From an uncultured virus (IMG/VR IMGVR_UViG_3300025154_000091) (lineage: Duplodnaviria > Heunggongvirae > Uroviricota > Caudoviricetes): DNA of 20,000 nucleotides. This document shows positions 1 through 7,775 of this stretch, in pieces. The translations under genes were made by a program, and so were the position numbers. The stretch lies in the IMG/VR virus record IMGVR_UViG_3300025154_000091; one strand, 5' to 3'. Numbering within the stretch: the stretch's first letter is position 1; every line of letters begins with the position of its first letter. The notes under the pieces were generated by a model. The model saw only the letters and a list, made by a program, of their open reading frames with translations. It had not been told where the DNA came from and did not search any database.

Positions 1-204
1 ACAGCTTACGATGGCAGCATGAACCCTTTGACACACCTGCGATTCGGGTACAATCTCACAGTGCCTATAGGCTTCTTGCAGACCCAACTGTGGAACAAGT
101 CTGCGAGTGATGCGGAGATACTGAGTGTTTTGGAAGAAGCTATAGATAATACAGTTTTTGAAGACAACCTTGAAATGCTAGACAACTTGGAGTTACTCGG
201 ATGA
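1..204 (+). CDS. 3' end of a gene running in from upstream; possible virion protein (LamG-like C-terminus)
   Basis: Frame 1 is open from base 1 (TAYDGSMNPLTHLRFG...QLWNKSASDAEI...). The TGA overlaps the next ATG (ATGA, 201-204). The 'WNKxxSDAEI' ending resembles LamG/concanavalin-like domain ends. Confidence 0.6.
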   Translation, partial: TAYDGSMNPLTHLRFGYNLTVPIGFLQTQLWNKSASDAEILSVLEEAIDNTVFEDNLEMLDNLELLG

Positions 205-1175
205 AGAAACTACTGACAGTTCTATTGATACTTTTACTCCCAACACTCTCAATAGCAGCACAACAGACTATCTTAGGAGGGTCTGGGGTGTTGTGGGGAG
301 ATGAGAAGGTTAAGCTTAATTCAAACTTTACTGAGATCTATGGTTGGGTGGATCAGAATGTCAAGACTACTAGCAATCCGTCGTTTGTTAGTATTCATGC
401 AACTGGAGGGAATCTAGCAGCCAGCAATGCACAAGTAACTAAGAAGTGGATTACAGCGCTACCTTACGTAGCTAATGTAACCTCTGTTATTCATGGTGGT
501 AAGATGTATATCTGCACTAGTAGTCATACCTCTGGTGCTACTACTGAACCTGGAGTTGGAACTAGCTGGGCTACTGTGTGGACTATAGGGTATATGGGAG
601 CTTCTGATGTTTCAGTAATTGCTACAGGGTTTGATGGAAATCTTGCTGCTACTGATAATACCTTACAACTTGTAGCTCAGAGGGTAGATGACCTAGCGGT
701 TTCAGGACTCGCCTCTCTCCCCACAGCCGACAATCAACTGATGCAGGCTACCGGATCAGGAACCTATGCATGGACCAGCACACTTGAGGGCATAGGCAGC
801 ATAGAAGCAACCGGCACCCTGCAGGGCCGAATGGTCTTCAACTCCTACGCCACAGATACGGCTCTGACCGCTGACAGCAACAACTCGGCTGTCGTCCAGC
901 TTACTGTCGCTGGCGAGGCTACCATGTGGGACTGCGAGGCTGCCAACGTCGGTGACTTCGTCATGCTCTGGGCGCGAGACGCGGAGAAAATCGAGGTTGT
1001 ACCGGCATCCGGGGATCATTTCAACCTCTTCGCTGGTACAACCCTGACTGCAGATTACGAGCTTGATATGGCAGCGACTGCGGGAACAAAGGTTACGTTG
1101 ATGTGTACCGCCGACGATACGTGGTCGGTGTATTCTGAGACCGCTGCCTGTGCTGATGGAGGAGTAGCTGACTAA
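201..1175 (+). CDS. Tail-fibre/virion-appendage-like protein with signal peptide and CBM5/12-like module
   Basis: N-terminus MKKLLTVLLILLLPTLSIAA is signal-peptide-like, followed by AQQTI...LNSNFTEIY. W...Y...VIHGGKMYICTSSHTS...EPG...W resembles a CBM5/12-type module. The body is Thr/Ala/Gly-rich. Confidence 0.7.
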   Translation: MKKLLTVLLILLLPTLSIAAQQTILGGSGVLWGDEKVKLNSNFTEIYGWVDQNVKTTSNPSFVSIHATGGNLAASNAQVTKKWITALPYVANVTSVIHGGKMYICTSSHTSGATTEPGVGTSWATVWTIGYMGASDVSVIATGFDGNLAATDNTLQLVAQRVDDLAVSGLASLPTADNQLMQATGSGTYAWTSTLEGIGSIEATGTLQGRMVFNSYATDTALTADSNNSAVVQLTVAGEATMWDCEAANVGDFVMLWARDAEKIEVVPASGDHFNLFAGTTLTADYELDMAATAGTKVTLMCTADDTWSVYSETAACADGGVAD

Positions 1176-1867
1176 TGAAGAAAACCATACTGATTTTAAT
1201 ACTATGCTTGTGGGCCTCGGCTTCGTGGGCATTTCCTCCTGGGTTTATTGGGGCGAGTTCACAGGGGACGGCTAGTGGAACACCTGATCCATCTATCACC
1301 TACGAAACCTATTCCAGCAACAGCGGGACGGGAGCTGCTGTAACCTTCACCACTCCTATAGGAACCACAGACGGTGACCTTCTGGTTATGGTGGTCAACG
1401 AGGACGCAGGAAACGGCATCACGCCACTTGCAGGGTGGACACAGATTGCCTATGTTGATAATTATGCGTCCGCCGACGCGGGGGTATATTACCGAGTATT
1501 TCAGACCGGTGATGCGGTTCCGTCCGCTACCTTAGGTTTATCTACCGAGTGGTCAGGGGTTGTGGTGAGATTGAGCAAAACATCTGGAACGTGGTCGATA
1601 GATGACTTCGCTGCCGCTGGAACGCTAGTTCCGCTTACAGTCACTGCGACAAGCCCAGGAATGTTGCTCTTCTTGTGGGGGTCTGATGATCCAGCCACTA
1701 TCAACACTCCTCCCGCTGGTATGGCAGAGGTAGTGATAGTCACTCCCGCCAGTAGTCGTGCTGGTGCTTGGAGGCAGAATGTTTCTTCGGCTGGCGATTA
1801 CGAAAAAGCACTAAACGTAACCGACCAAAACGCTCACTTTCTGGTAGCCCTAGGGCTGACGCCATGA
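1175..1867 (+). CDS. Secreted or virion-associated beta-rich protein with signal peptide
   Basis: MKKTILILILCLWASASWA has an A-x-A cleavage motif. TAATG coupling to the upstream gene. GTTDGDLLVMVV...GWTQI...VYYR pattern is common in phage tail/adhesin proteins. Confidence 0.65.
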   Translation: MKKTILILILCLWASASWAFPPGFIGASSQGTASGTPDPSITYETYSSNSGTGAAVTFTTPIGTTDGDLLVMVVNEDAGNGITPLAGWTQIAYVDNYASADAGVYYRVFQTGDAVPSATLGLSTEWSGVVVRLSKTSGTWSIDDFAAAGTLVPLTVTATSPGMLLFLWGSDDPATINTPPAGMAEVVIVTPASSRAGAWRQNVSSAGDYEKALNVTDQNAHFLVALGLTP

Positions 1868-3636
1868 TTATTAGATTGCTACTCTTACTGTCGCTTCTCA
1901 GCTGTCCGGGTCTGTCTTTCGGGGCAGTTCATGATATCACCGGCCTGCCGATCACAGCTTCAGGGTGGATTGACTTTGCCACAATTACCGGGGAAGGCGC
2001 TTACGCAACCTCTCGCGTCATCTTTGTTTCCTCAACAGACGGCAATGATGGGACCGGGACACCAGACACAATCGCCAACGTCTTGTTCGATGTCTACGGG
2101 TCTTTTCAGTCAACCGGAACCATCCATCCTTACGCCACGGTAGCCGCTGGATACGCTCAACTGAGAGACGGGTATGCAGATATCCTTTTGCTCAAGAGGG
2201 GGAACAACTGGGTGACACGGTTTTCTACTGGCGGGGTTGGCAACTGGACAAAATCCGGGGCCTCGACATCTGCCAGGATGATAGTATCCAGTTACGGGAC
2301 AGGTGAGAGGGCAAAGATAACATCTGACGAAGCGGGCAACGAGGCGCTGAAGATCTACGGAGGAGACAATCTGATATTTTCCTCAGTGTGGTTTTACTGT
2401 CCAACGTGGGAGTCCAGTACCCCTGGCATAAGTGTCCTGCTCGACTCGAATGATATCCTTTTTGAGGATCTTTTTGTCGAGAAGCATTGGAAGAACGTCA
2501 TCCAGGGTGACACCGTAAACATGGGCATTTTCGTCAACAACCTTGCCATCAGGAGATCAACCTTTTCTGAGATGTCCGCCCATGATGGAATGTGGTACGC
2601 GGCAATTGCCGATAACGTCCTGTTTGAAGAGAGCATATTTTATAAGCCGCACGACCCCGACGCCCTTGCCCCTGCTGTTGAGGGTAGGCATTTTTACCTA
2701 TCACCAGACGGCCCGAATGGTGACACGCACCACGACCTCACCAATGTAGTCATGAGAGGAAACATCCTCTATTACTCCGACCGTGGGGGGGTTGACGGAA
2801 GGTCTGGAGGACTGTTCGACAACAACCTCTTCGTTCAAGCTCCTGTAAATGTCGGAGGGTTTGGCGGAAGCTCGGGATCAATCCAGTCGGGAACAGTAAT
2901 AAGAAACAATGTATTCGCAGAAGGCTCGGCAAATACCGGGGAGGGGACAAAACTCAAGCTCATCAATATGTTGAACACTGAGGTGCATCACAACATATTC
3001 ATCGACCCCGTTGGCGTAACGGCATCCACTTACGGCATAACTCTTTTAGGTGATGGAGAGGGGTTAAACTATTCGGAGAACGTCAGCATCCACGACAACG
3101 TGATGTATAACATCAAGGGGTCTGGGTCAGGGCGAGGGATTTATATTTACGGCCTCACCTCAGTTACCGGGAACAGCATCTATGATAACGATATCCAGAT
3201 GCCAGCAGGATCAACCGACCTCATCGGGGTTTACAGCACCTCAATGGCGGGCTTCAGCTTTTCCGGCAACAGATACTTTACCTCAGCCGCTGCCGGGGAC
3301 TGGTTCGAACCCGGAGGAACTGTCGCGGGATGGGTAACGGCTAGCGGGGAGACTGGGCACTCGACAACGGAAGTTGCGTACACGGATGCAACCCGGACGG
3401 TCAAGACCTACAACGTCACACTTGGAGGTACAGCCTCAACTCCAGAGTTTATGGCTGCAACGCTCGCTCAATCGCGCCAGAACTGGCAAACCGAATACAC
3501 AGCTGATGCGGTCAATGACTACATCCGGATTGGGTTTGGATTGGAGGAACAAGGCTGGGTTCCTGGTGTAGGAATGGGACTGAATGGCGCAGGTAGCATG
3601 CCACTCTCTGGTGCTGGAACGATGGGGTTGCAATAA
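1864..3636 (+). CDS. Right-handed beta-helix (pectin-lyase-like) protein; putative tailspike/depolymerase with signal peptide
   Basis: Likely start is ATG 1864 (ATGA overlap with the upstream stop), not 1768. MIIRLLLLLSLLSCPGLSFG leader. IFVSSTDGNDG...PYATV...LLLKRG pattern, then repeated Asn-ladder motifs (MRGNIL, FDNNLF, IRNNVF, VHHNIF, IHDNVM, FSGNRY). Confidence 0.8.
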   Translation: MIIRLLLLLSLLSCPGLSFGAVHDITGLPITASGWIDFATITGEGAYATSRVIFVSSTDGNDGTGTPDTIANVLFDVYGSFQSTGTIHPYATVAAGYAQLRDGYADILLLKRGNNWVTRFSTGGVGNWTKSGASTSARMIVSSYGTGERAKITSDEAGNEALKIYGGDNLIFSSVWFYCPTWESSTPGISVLLDSNDILFEDLFVEKHWKNVIQGDTVNMGIFVNNLAIRRSTFSEMSAHDGMWYAAIADNVLFEESIFYKPHDPDALAPAVEGRHFYLSPDGPNGDTHHDLTNVVMRGNILYYSDRGGVDGRSGGLFDNNLFVQAPVNVGGFGGSSGSIQSGTVIRNNVFAEGSANTGEGTKLKLINMLNTEVHHNIFIDPVGVTASTYGITLLGDGEGLNYSENVSIHDNVMYNIKGSGSGRGIYIYGLTSVTGNSIYDNDIQMPAGSTDLIGVYSTSMAGFSFSGNRYFTSAAAGDWFEPGGTVAGWVTASGETGHSTTEVAYTDATRTVKTYNVTLGGTASTPEFMAATLAQSRQNWQTEYTADAVNDYIRIGFGLEEQGWVPGVGMGLNGAGSMPLSGAGTMGLQ

Positions 3637-3657
3637 CAAGACTGTGAGGTACAATAT

Positions 3658-4143
3658 ATGATAGTAAATAGAGGACCATCATTTGGAGTCTACTACCTTG
3701 TAGACCCTACAGCACCTAATAAACTATTCGGTGCTAGGTGGGAGAACTATTGGTATATGGGAAGTGGTGTGTCCTTCTTCATCTTACTAAAGGATCTGTC
3801 AGGTGTACCAGATAATCCAGTTCATTCAGAATCCTTCGATGTGGATTTGTCTACTGCAGATGATCTAGCAACTATGACTCTGTTTCAATCCCTGTTGTTC
3901 GGGAGTGTCCTATACCTTGAAGGATTAAAACCAGTACCTAGATACTTGGTAGAGTTAGATATTGCTGAAGGGCTTACAGGCCCTGAGATAATCGACAAGA
4001 GGGCAGCTATACTTGTGCCTGAGTTCTTAGGGTTCAAGTTAGCTGACGTTCTTAGAGACTTCCCAGAACTCTGGAGCCCTACGATAGATGAAGATGGAAA
4101 CGAAGTTCCAAACATAATGAGGTGTAGTCTTGAAATGGCTTAA
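3658..4143 (+). CDS. Hypothetical phage protein
   Basis: 161-aa ORF with a GAGGT Shine-Dalgarno upstream; fits the operon packing. Confidence 0.7.
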   Translation: MIVNRGPSFGVYYLVDPTAPNKLFGARWENYWYMGSGVSFFILLKDLSGVPDNPVHSESFDVDLSTADDLATMTLFQSLLFGSVLYLEGLKPVPRYLVELDIAEGLTGPEIIDKRAAILVPEFLGFKLADVLRDFPELWSPTIDEDGNEVPNIMRCSLEMA

Positions 4144-4618
4144 TGTACTACTGGTGGTATTGATGTTGGGAGTATTCACCACAGGTTGTGACGGTGGTGG
4201 AGATGAGCCAACAATGATTGAAGAGAACGATCCTAATAGCATCTATAACAAGGAGCTTGATAGGCTTAAGAATGCTCCACCCACTGATGTTCCTACAACC
4301 CCAACAGTAACTCCTCCTAGTTCTAATAGGTCTGAGACGTTTACTAGTTACGGTGAAAGGAATGGTGGTAGGAAAGCATGGAGGATTAATAAGAAAGGCC
4401 CTCAGTTCGGTAAGAGGATTAAGGTAGTCTTTAGTAATGGCCATACAGTTATGGTGAATGACACATCTCACAACTATAGAGAGGGTGATGGGTTTGTATT
4501 CAAGCCCGGTATCGGGCCTAATGGAACAGGTGACAGTGACACAGGTACAGCTCATGGTGGAGTGTACCTACATGCACCTTATGGCAATAACAGCAACACA
4601 GTAACCTTCTACTTCTAA
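4130..4618 (+). CDS. Putative lipoprotein
   Basis: TTG start after GAGGTG. Hydrophobic leader ending FTTG-C (lipobox-like), then a Pro/Thr linker and a basic beta domain. Confidence 0.7.
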   Translation: MKWLNVLLVVLMLGVFTTGCDGGGDEPTMIEENDPNSIYNKELDRLKNAPPTDVPTTPTVTPPSSNRSETFTSYGERNGGRKAWRINKKGPQFGKRIKVVFSNGHTVMVNDTSHNYREGDGFVFKPGIGPNGTGDSDTGTAHGGVYLHAPYGNNSNTVTFYF

Positions 4619-4627
4619 GAGGAATAT

Positions 4628-5128
4628 ATGAATAAGAAAACTATCTTTATCCTTATAGCAGCTGTAGTGTTGCTGGTAGGGTGCGGAACTAAAGAGTATA
4701 ATGATGCTGTAAAGGATATGAATACGATGAACAGGAAGGCTTATGCTGAGGGTATGGCTGCCTGTAAGGGTGATCCTGCATGTCAGGTAGGTCTCTCAGC
4801 AGCTTACTTCGGTAATGCTGGACAGGTGCCTCTAGCTAAGCCAGACACGGTCCTCGACTATGCTAAGGCTGCACTCCCTTTCGCGCAGCTCTGGGTGCAG
4901 TGGGATGGTTCTGGTAACTCAGCTGGTAGTGGTGGAGTCACCTTTAGGAATGTGAAGTTTGGTAGAGATGCTGTCATCAGCGGATTCAATACTACCAAGA
5001 GCACTACCATCACTGAAGATAACAATGACAGGGAGTTCTCCCTTCAGGCACCTCCAGGTACTAGCGGAATCAGTGATGGTGGAGTTACATCATTCGAACC
5101 TATTAACCCTGCTCCTCCTGCTCTGTAA
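4628..5128 (+). CDS. Putative lipoprotein
   Basis: GAGG RBS. MNKKTIFILIAAVVLLVG-C is a canonical lipobox. Internal CKGDPAC pair. Confidence 0.75.
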   Translation: MNKKTIFILIAAVVLLVGCGTKEYNDAVKDMNTMNRKAYAEGMAACKGDPACQVGLSAAYFGNAGQVPLAKPDTVLDYAKAALPFAQLWVQWDGSGNSAGSGGVTFRNVKFGRDAVISGFNTTKSTTITEDNNDREFSLQAPPGTSGISDGGVTSFEPINPAPPAL

Positions 5129-5253
5129 TGAAACAACTAGTCCTCATAGTCCTTATACTTCTACTAGCATCTTGCTCTAGGACTATGACCTGTGAGGATT
5201 ACTTACAATCTATAACTGGAGAGTACATAGAGTGTCCTCATGAAAACTTGTAG
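5128..5253 (+). CDS. Small lipoprotein, 41 aa (not in ORF track)
   Basis: TAATG coupling. Translation MKQLVLIVLILLLASCSRTMTCEDYLQSITGEYIECPHENL contains an LAS-C lipobox. Confidence 0.7.
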   Translation: MKQLVLIVLILLLASCSRTMTCEDYLQSITGEYIECPHENL

Positions 5254-5329
5254 CTATTGTAATAGGAAGTATAGAGAACCTCACTGTCCTATATGTGGTA
5301 TGTCGGAGGTAGATGATGGTTGTGGTTGA
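5240..5329 (+). CDS. 29-aa CxxC...CxxC zinc-ribbon microprotein (not in ORF track)
   Basis: Translation MKTCSYCNRKYREPHCPICGMSEVDDGCG. It fills the gap between the lipoprotein and the holin. Confidence 0.5.
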   Translation: MKTCSYCNRKYREPHCPICGMSEVDDGCG

Positions 5330-5576
5330 CTTGTTCAAAGCTATTAAGAAGGGTAAGGAGCTGAAGGACTCTAAGACTTGGAGTAATGTCCAGGCTCTAA
5401 GCTCTGTCTTTGTAGCTATCGTAGCATTTGGTGTAGGTGCAGCTCGTCTATTAGGTGTAGAGATTCCTATTACTGATGAGCAAATTATAGTATTCAGTGG
5501 TGGACTAGCTGGTGTGGCATGGACTATTAATGGTGTCATCTCTGTAGCCACCCATAAAGATGCAGGAGTTGAATAA
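5313..5576 (+). CDS. Putative holin
   Basis: GGAGGT RBS. Small protein with a basic N-terminus and two hydrophobic segments, located upstream of the endolysin. Confidence 0.65.
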   Translation: MMVVVDLFKAIKKGKELKDSKTWSNVQALSSVFVAIVAFGVGAARLLGVEIPITDEQIIVFSGGLAGVAWTINGVISVATHKDAGVE

Positions 5577-5845
5577 TGGATAAGCTTAAGTTTTTGTTCT
5601 CGTCTGTCTGGGAGTTCCTTCTTCCTTTGATTAAGATCCTCATGACTGATGCAGGTGCTGTACTATCTAAAGCAGCTGCAGATGCTGTGAGTACTGTAGC
5701 TGTCACACTGGCTGATAAGGATGGGGCTACAAAGCGCGAGGCTGCCTTTAAAATGATCGTTGCTACTCTTACGGCTGCAGGTATTACCTTATCTAAAAGG
5801 TTCGTTAATGCTGCCTTAGAGGCTGCTGTGCTGCGATTGAAATGA
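5576..5845 (+). CDS. LL-H-like holin or lysis-associated membrane protein
   Basis: AADAV...GATKREAAF...GITLS...VNAALEAAV resembles the LL-H holin family. It sits immediately before the endolysin. Confidence 0.55.
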   Translation: MDKLKFLFSSVWEFLLPLIKILMTDAGAVLSKAAADAVSTVAVTLADKDGATKREAAFKMIVATLTAAGITLSKRFVNAALEAAVLRLK

Positions 5846-5863
5846 ATCCCTGAAGGTGATACT

Positions 5864-6256
5864 ATGTATGAGATGTTGAAGAGACATGAAGGGTTCAGAA
5901 GTAAGATGTATAAAGACTCTGTCGGAGTGTGGACTATAGGGTATGGTCTGAACCTAGAGGCTGGTATCACCGAAGAGGAAGCTGCATACTTACTAGATAT
6001 GAGGGTGAAGAAGATTGAGGAAAGGTTAAGTAAATCCTTACACTTCTGGAATGATCTATCACCAATAAGGAAAGAAGTCTTAATCAATATGGCCTATAAT
6101 CTAGGTGTTGATGGGCTCTTAAAGTTTCATACAACCTTAAGGCTTGTTGGAGAGAAGAGGTACGAGGAAGCATCTAATCAAATGCTAAACAGCTTATGGG
6201 CTAGACAGGTCCCTACTAGGGCTAAAGAACTCTCTAACTTATTCAAGGGCGGGTGA
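5864..6256 (+). CDS. Endolysin, T4-lysozyme-like (GH24)
   Basis: Catalytic E-x8-D-x5-T motif (EGFRSKMYKDSVGVWTIGYG), plus NMAYNLG and SLWARQVPTRA. Confidence 0.93.
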   Translation: MYEMLKRHEGFRSKMYKDSVGVWTIGYGLNLEAGITEEEAAYLLDMRVKKIEERLSKSLHFWNDLSPIRKEVLINMAYNLGVDGLLKFHTTLRLVGEKRYEEASNQMLNSLWARQVPTRAKELSNLFKGG

Positions 6257-6855
6257 TGGGATCATATAATATTGCATCTCAATTAAATGTAGGGAACGTA
6301 TCAGGGAATAGTTACTTTAGAATAGAGGAGGATGGGAGCATACAGATGCTAGGAGATGCATCTATGTGGGAAGATCTTAGATTTCCAGCTACTCAGACTA
6401 AACTAGGAGCTAACCTAAAACCAGATTTTGACTTTACTGACATAGGATTACTCTTCCCACAGAATAACACAGGTGAAGTTGTGTATATGGTAGTCCAACT
6501 TCCACATAACTACAAGCTTGGCACATCTCTTCGTCCTCATATACACTTTATCCAGAGTGCAGCTACAGTACCGGTGTTTAAGATTAGTTATAGGTGGATA
6601 AACAATAGTGGAACTGTTGGGAGCTTTACTACTATAGCAACTACAACACTTAGATATACGTACACTAGTGGTAGTATACTTCAGGTAGCAGAATTCCCAG
6701 AGGTAGTAGCACCTACTGGTGTAAAGCTATCTTCTATGCTAGATATAAAACTTTACAGAGAGGATAATGTCGTAACAGGTGATGTGCTGGTGAAGGAGTT
6801 TGATATTCACTATCAGCTAGATTCTTTTGGATCTAGAACAGTAGGAACTAAATAA
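6253..6855 (+). CDS. Hypothetical virion-associated protein
   Basis: 200-aa ORF coupled to the endolysin stop. Beta-rich; WEDLRFP...QLPHNYK...PHIH...DIHYQ pattern. Confidence 0.6.
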   Translation: MMGSYNIASQLNVGNVSGNSYFRIEEDGSIQMLGDASMWEDLRFPATQTKLGANLKPDFDFTDIGLLFPQNNTGEVVYMVVQLPHNYKLGTSLRPHIHFIQSAATVPVFKISYRWINNSGTVGSFTTIATTTLRYTYTSGSILQVAEFPEVVAPTGVKLSSMLDIKLYREDNVVTGDVLVKEFDIHYQLDSFGSRTVGTK

Positions 6856-6872
6856 TCTATAGGAGCTAACGA

Positions 6873-7697
6873 ATGGCAAGGAAAGAAATACGTGGTGTAT
6901 CTATCAACAGCGATGAGAGGGATGATCTTAATTCGAACTTCACTGAGCTGTATAGTAATCTTGGTATTGTGGGAGTAACCGCAAGTGCTGCTGAGCTAAA
7001 CATCCTTGATGGTGTTACTGCTACTGCAGCTGAACTTAACTATTTGGATATTGCTTCCCTCGGAACGGGAGCTGCTAGTAAGGCTGTAGTTCTTGATGCT
7101 AACTCTGATTGGACAGCTCCAGTTAATAGTGTCATTAAGTACTTCCAACTTAAAGATGCTGATGATACTCTGCTGTCTACTACCCTTGAGTATATAAACC
7201 AGAACTGTGATCCTACACTCCAGCAGATGACTCCTGGTGCTGGCTTCAAGGGTGTCAACACTATTCATAAGGTTGGTGTACGTCTCACAGGTGCTGTGAA
7301 GAAGACTGAGATCATGATCGATCTTACGGATGCTAAGTCTGTAGCTACAGATCTGGATATCATCGGTCTCTCTGGCGTATCTCATATCGGACAGATCACA
7401 GCAGCTCTGAATGGTACGGTCCTTATGGGTAAGGTCACTTGCCTTGAGGTTCCTGTAGGGGGTGCTGTTGATATCGACCTCTATACTGCTACTGAAGGTA
7501 CTGGTGCATATGATGGTCTTGTCACTGATCTTACAGAGACTGCTCTTGTAACTGCTGGTGGTAACTGGACTCTTGGTCTGGAGAAGACTATGGCTGCTGT
7601 CCCTGCTGCTAATGCTTATCTGTATCTGACTTCAGGCGCAGCTACTGCAGGTACCTACTCAGCTGGTAAGTTCTTGATTGAGTTCTGGGGATATTAA
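6873..7697 (+). CDS. Putative virion fibre/decoration protein
   Basis: AGGAG RBS. N-terminal LNSNFTELY, tandem TA(S/T)AAELNxLD repeats typical of phage fibres, Gly/Ala/Thr-rich, aromatic C-terminus. Confidence 0.65.
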   Translation: MARKEIRGVSINSDERDDLNSNFTELYSNLGIVGVTASAAELNILDGVTATAAELNYLDIASLGTGAASKAVVLDANSDWTAPVNSVIKYFQLKDADDTLLSTTLEYINQNCDPTLQQMTPGAGFKGVNTIHKVGVRLTGAVKKTEIMIDLTDAKSVATDLDIIGLSGVSHIGQITAALNGTVLMGKVTCLEVPVGGAVDIDLYTATEGTGAYDGLVTDLTETALVTAGGNWTLGLEKTMAAVPAANAYLYLTSGAATAGTYSAGKFLIEFWGY

Positions 7698-7715
7698 TAT
7701 TTATTAATCTAAACG

Positions 7716-7760
7716 CAAAAAGGCCCTATAGGTTTGATTCCTATAGGGCCTTTGTTGTTT
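7716..7760. terminator. Bidirectional rho-independent terminator between the convergent arms
   Basis: Perfect 14-bp inverted repeat AAAGGCCCTATAGG (7719-7732) / CCTATAGGGCCTTT (7740-7753) with a 7-nt loop. A-run on the left and T-rich run on the right. Confidence 0.92.
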
Positions 7761-7775
7761 GTAGTGTATTAATTC

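Noticed and set aside
1768..1863. Extended N-terminus of the 622-aa ORF
   Set aside because: It overlaps the upstream gene by ~100 nt. ATG 1864 gives ATGA coupling and a clean leader.
6975..7050. TA(S/T)AAELNxLD tandem repeat as a DGR or DNA repeat element
   Set aside because: It is a protein-level fibre repeat with synonymous divergence. There is no adenine-specific pattern and no reverse transcriptase.
756..7385. Minus-strand ORFs in the + arm (e.g. 756-1232, 4148-4555, 5536-6087, 6996-7385)
   Set aside because: They are antisense shadows of well-supported, tightly packed + genes and have no motifs.
7719..7753. CCCTATAGG as a T7-type RNAP promoter
   Set aside because: It is explained as the terminator stem. 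No repeated 20+ bp promoter consensus was seen in intergenic regions.
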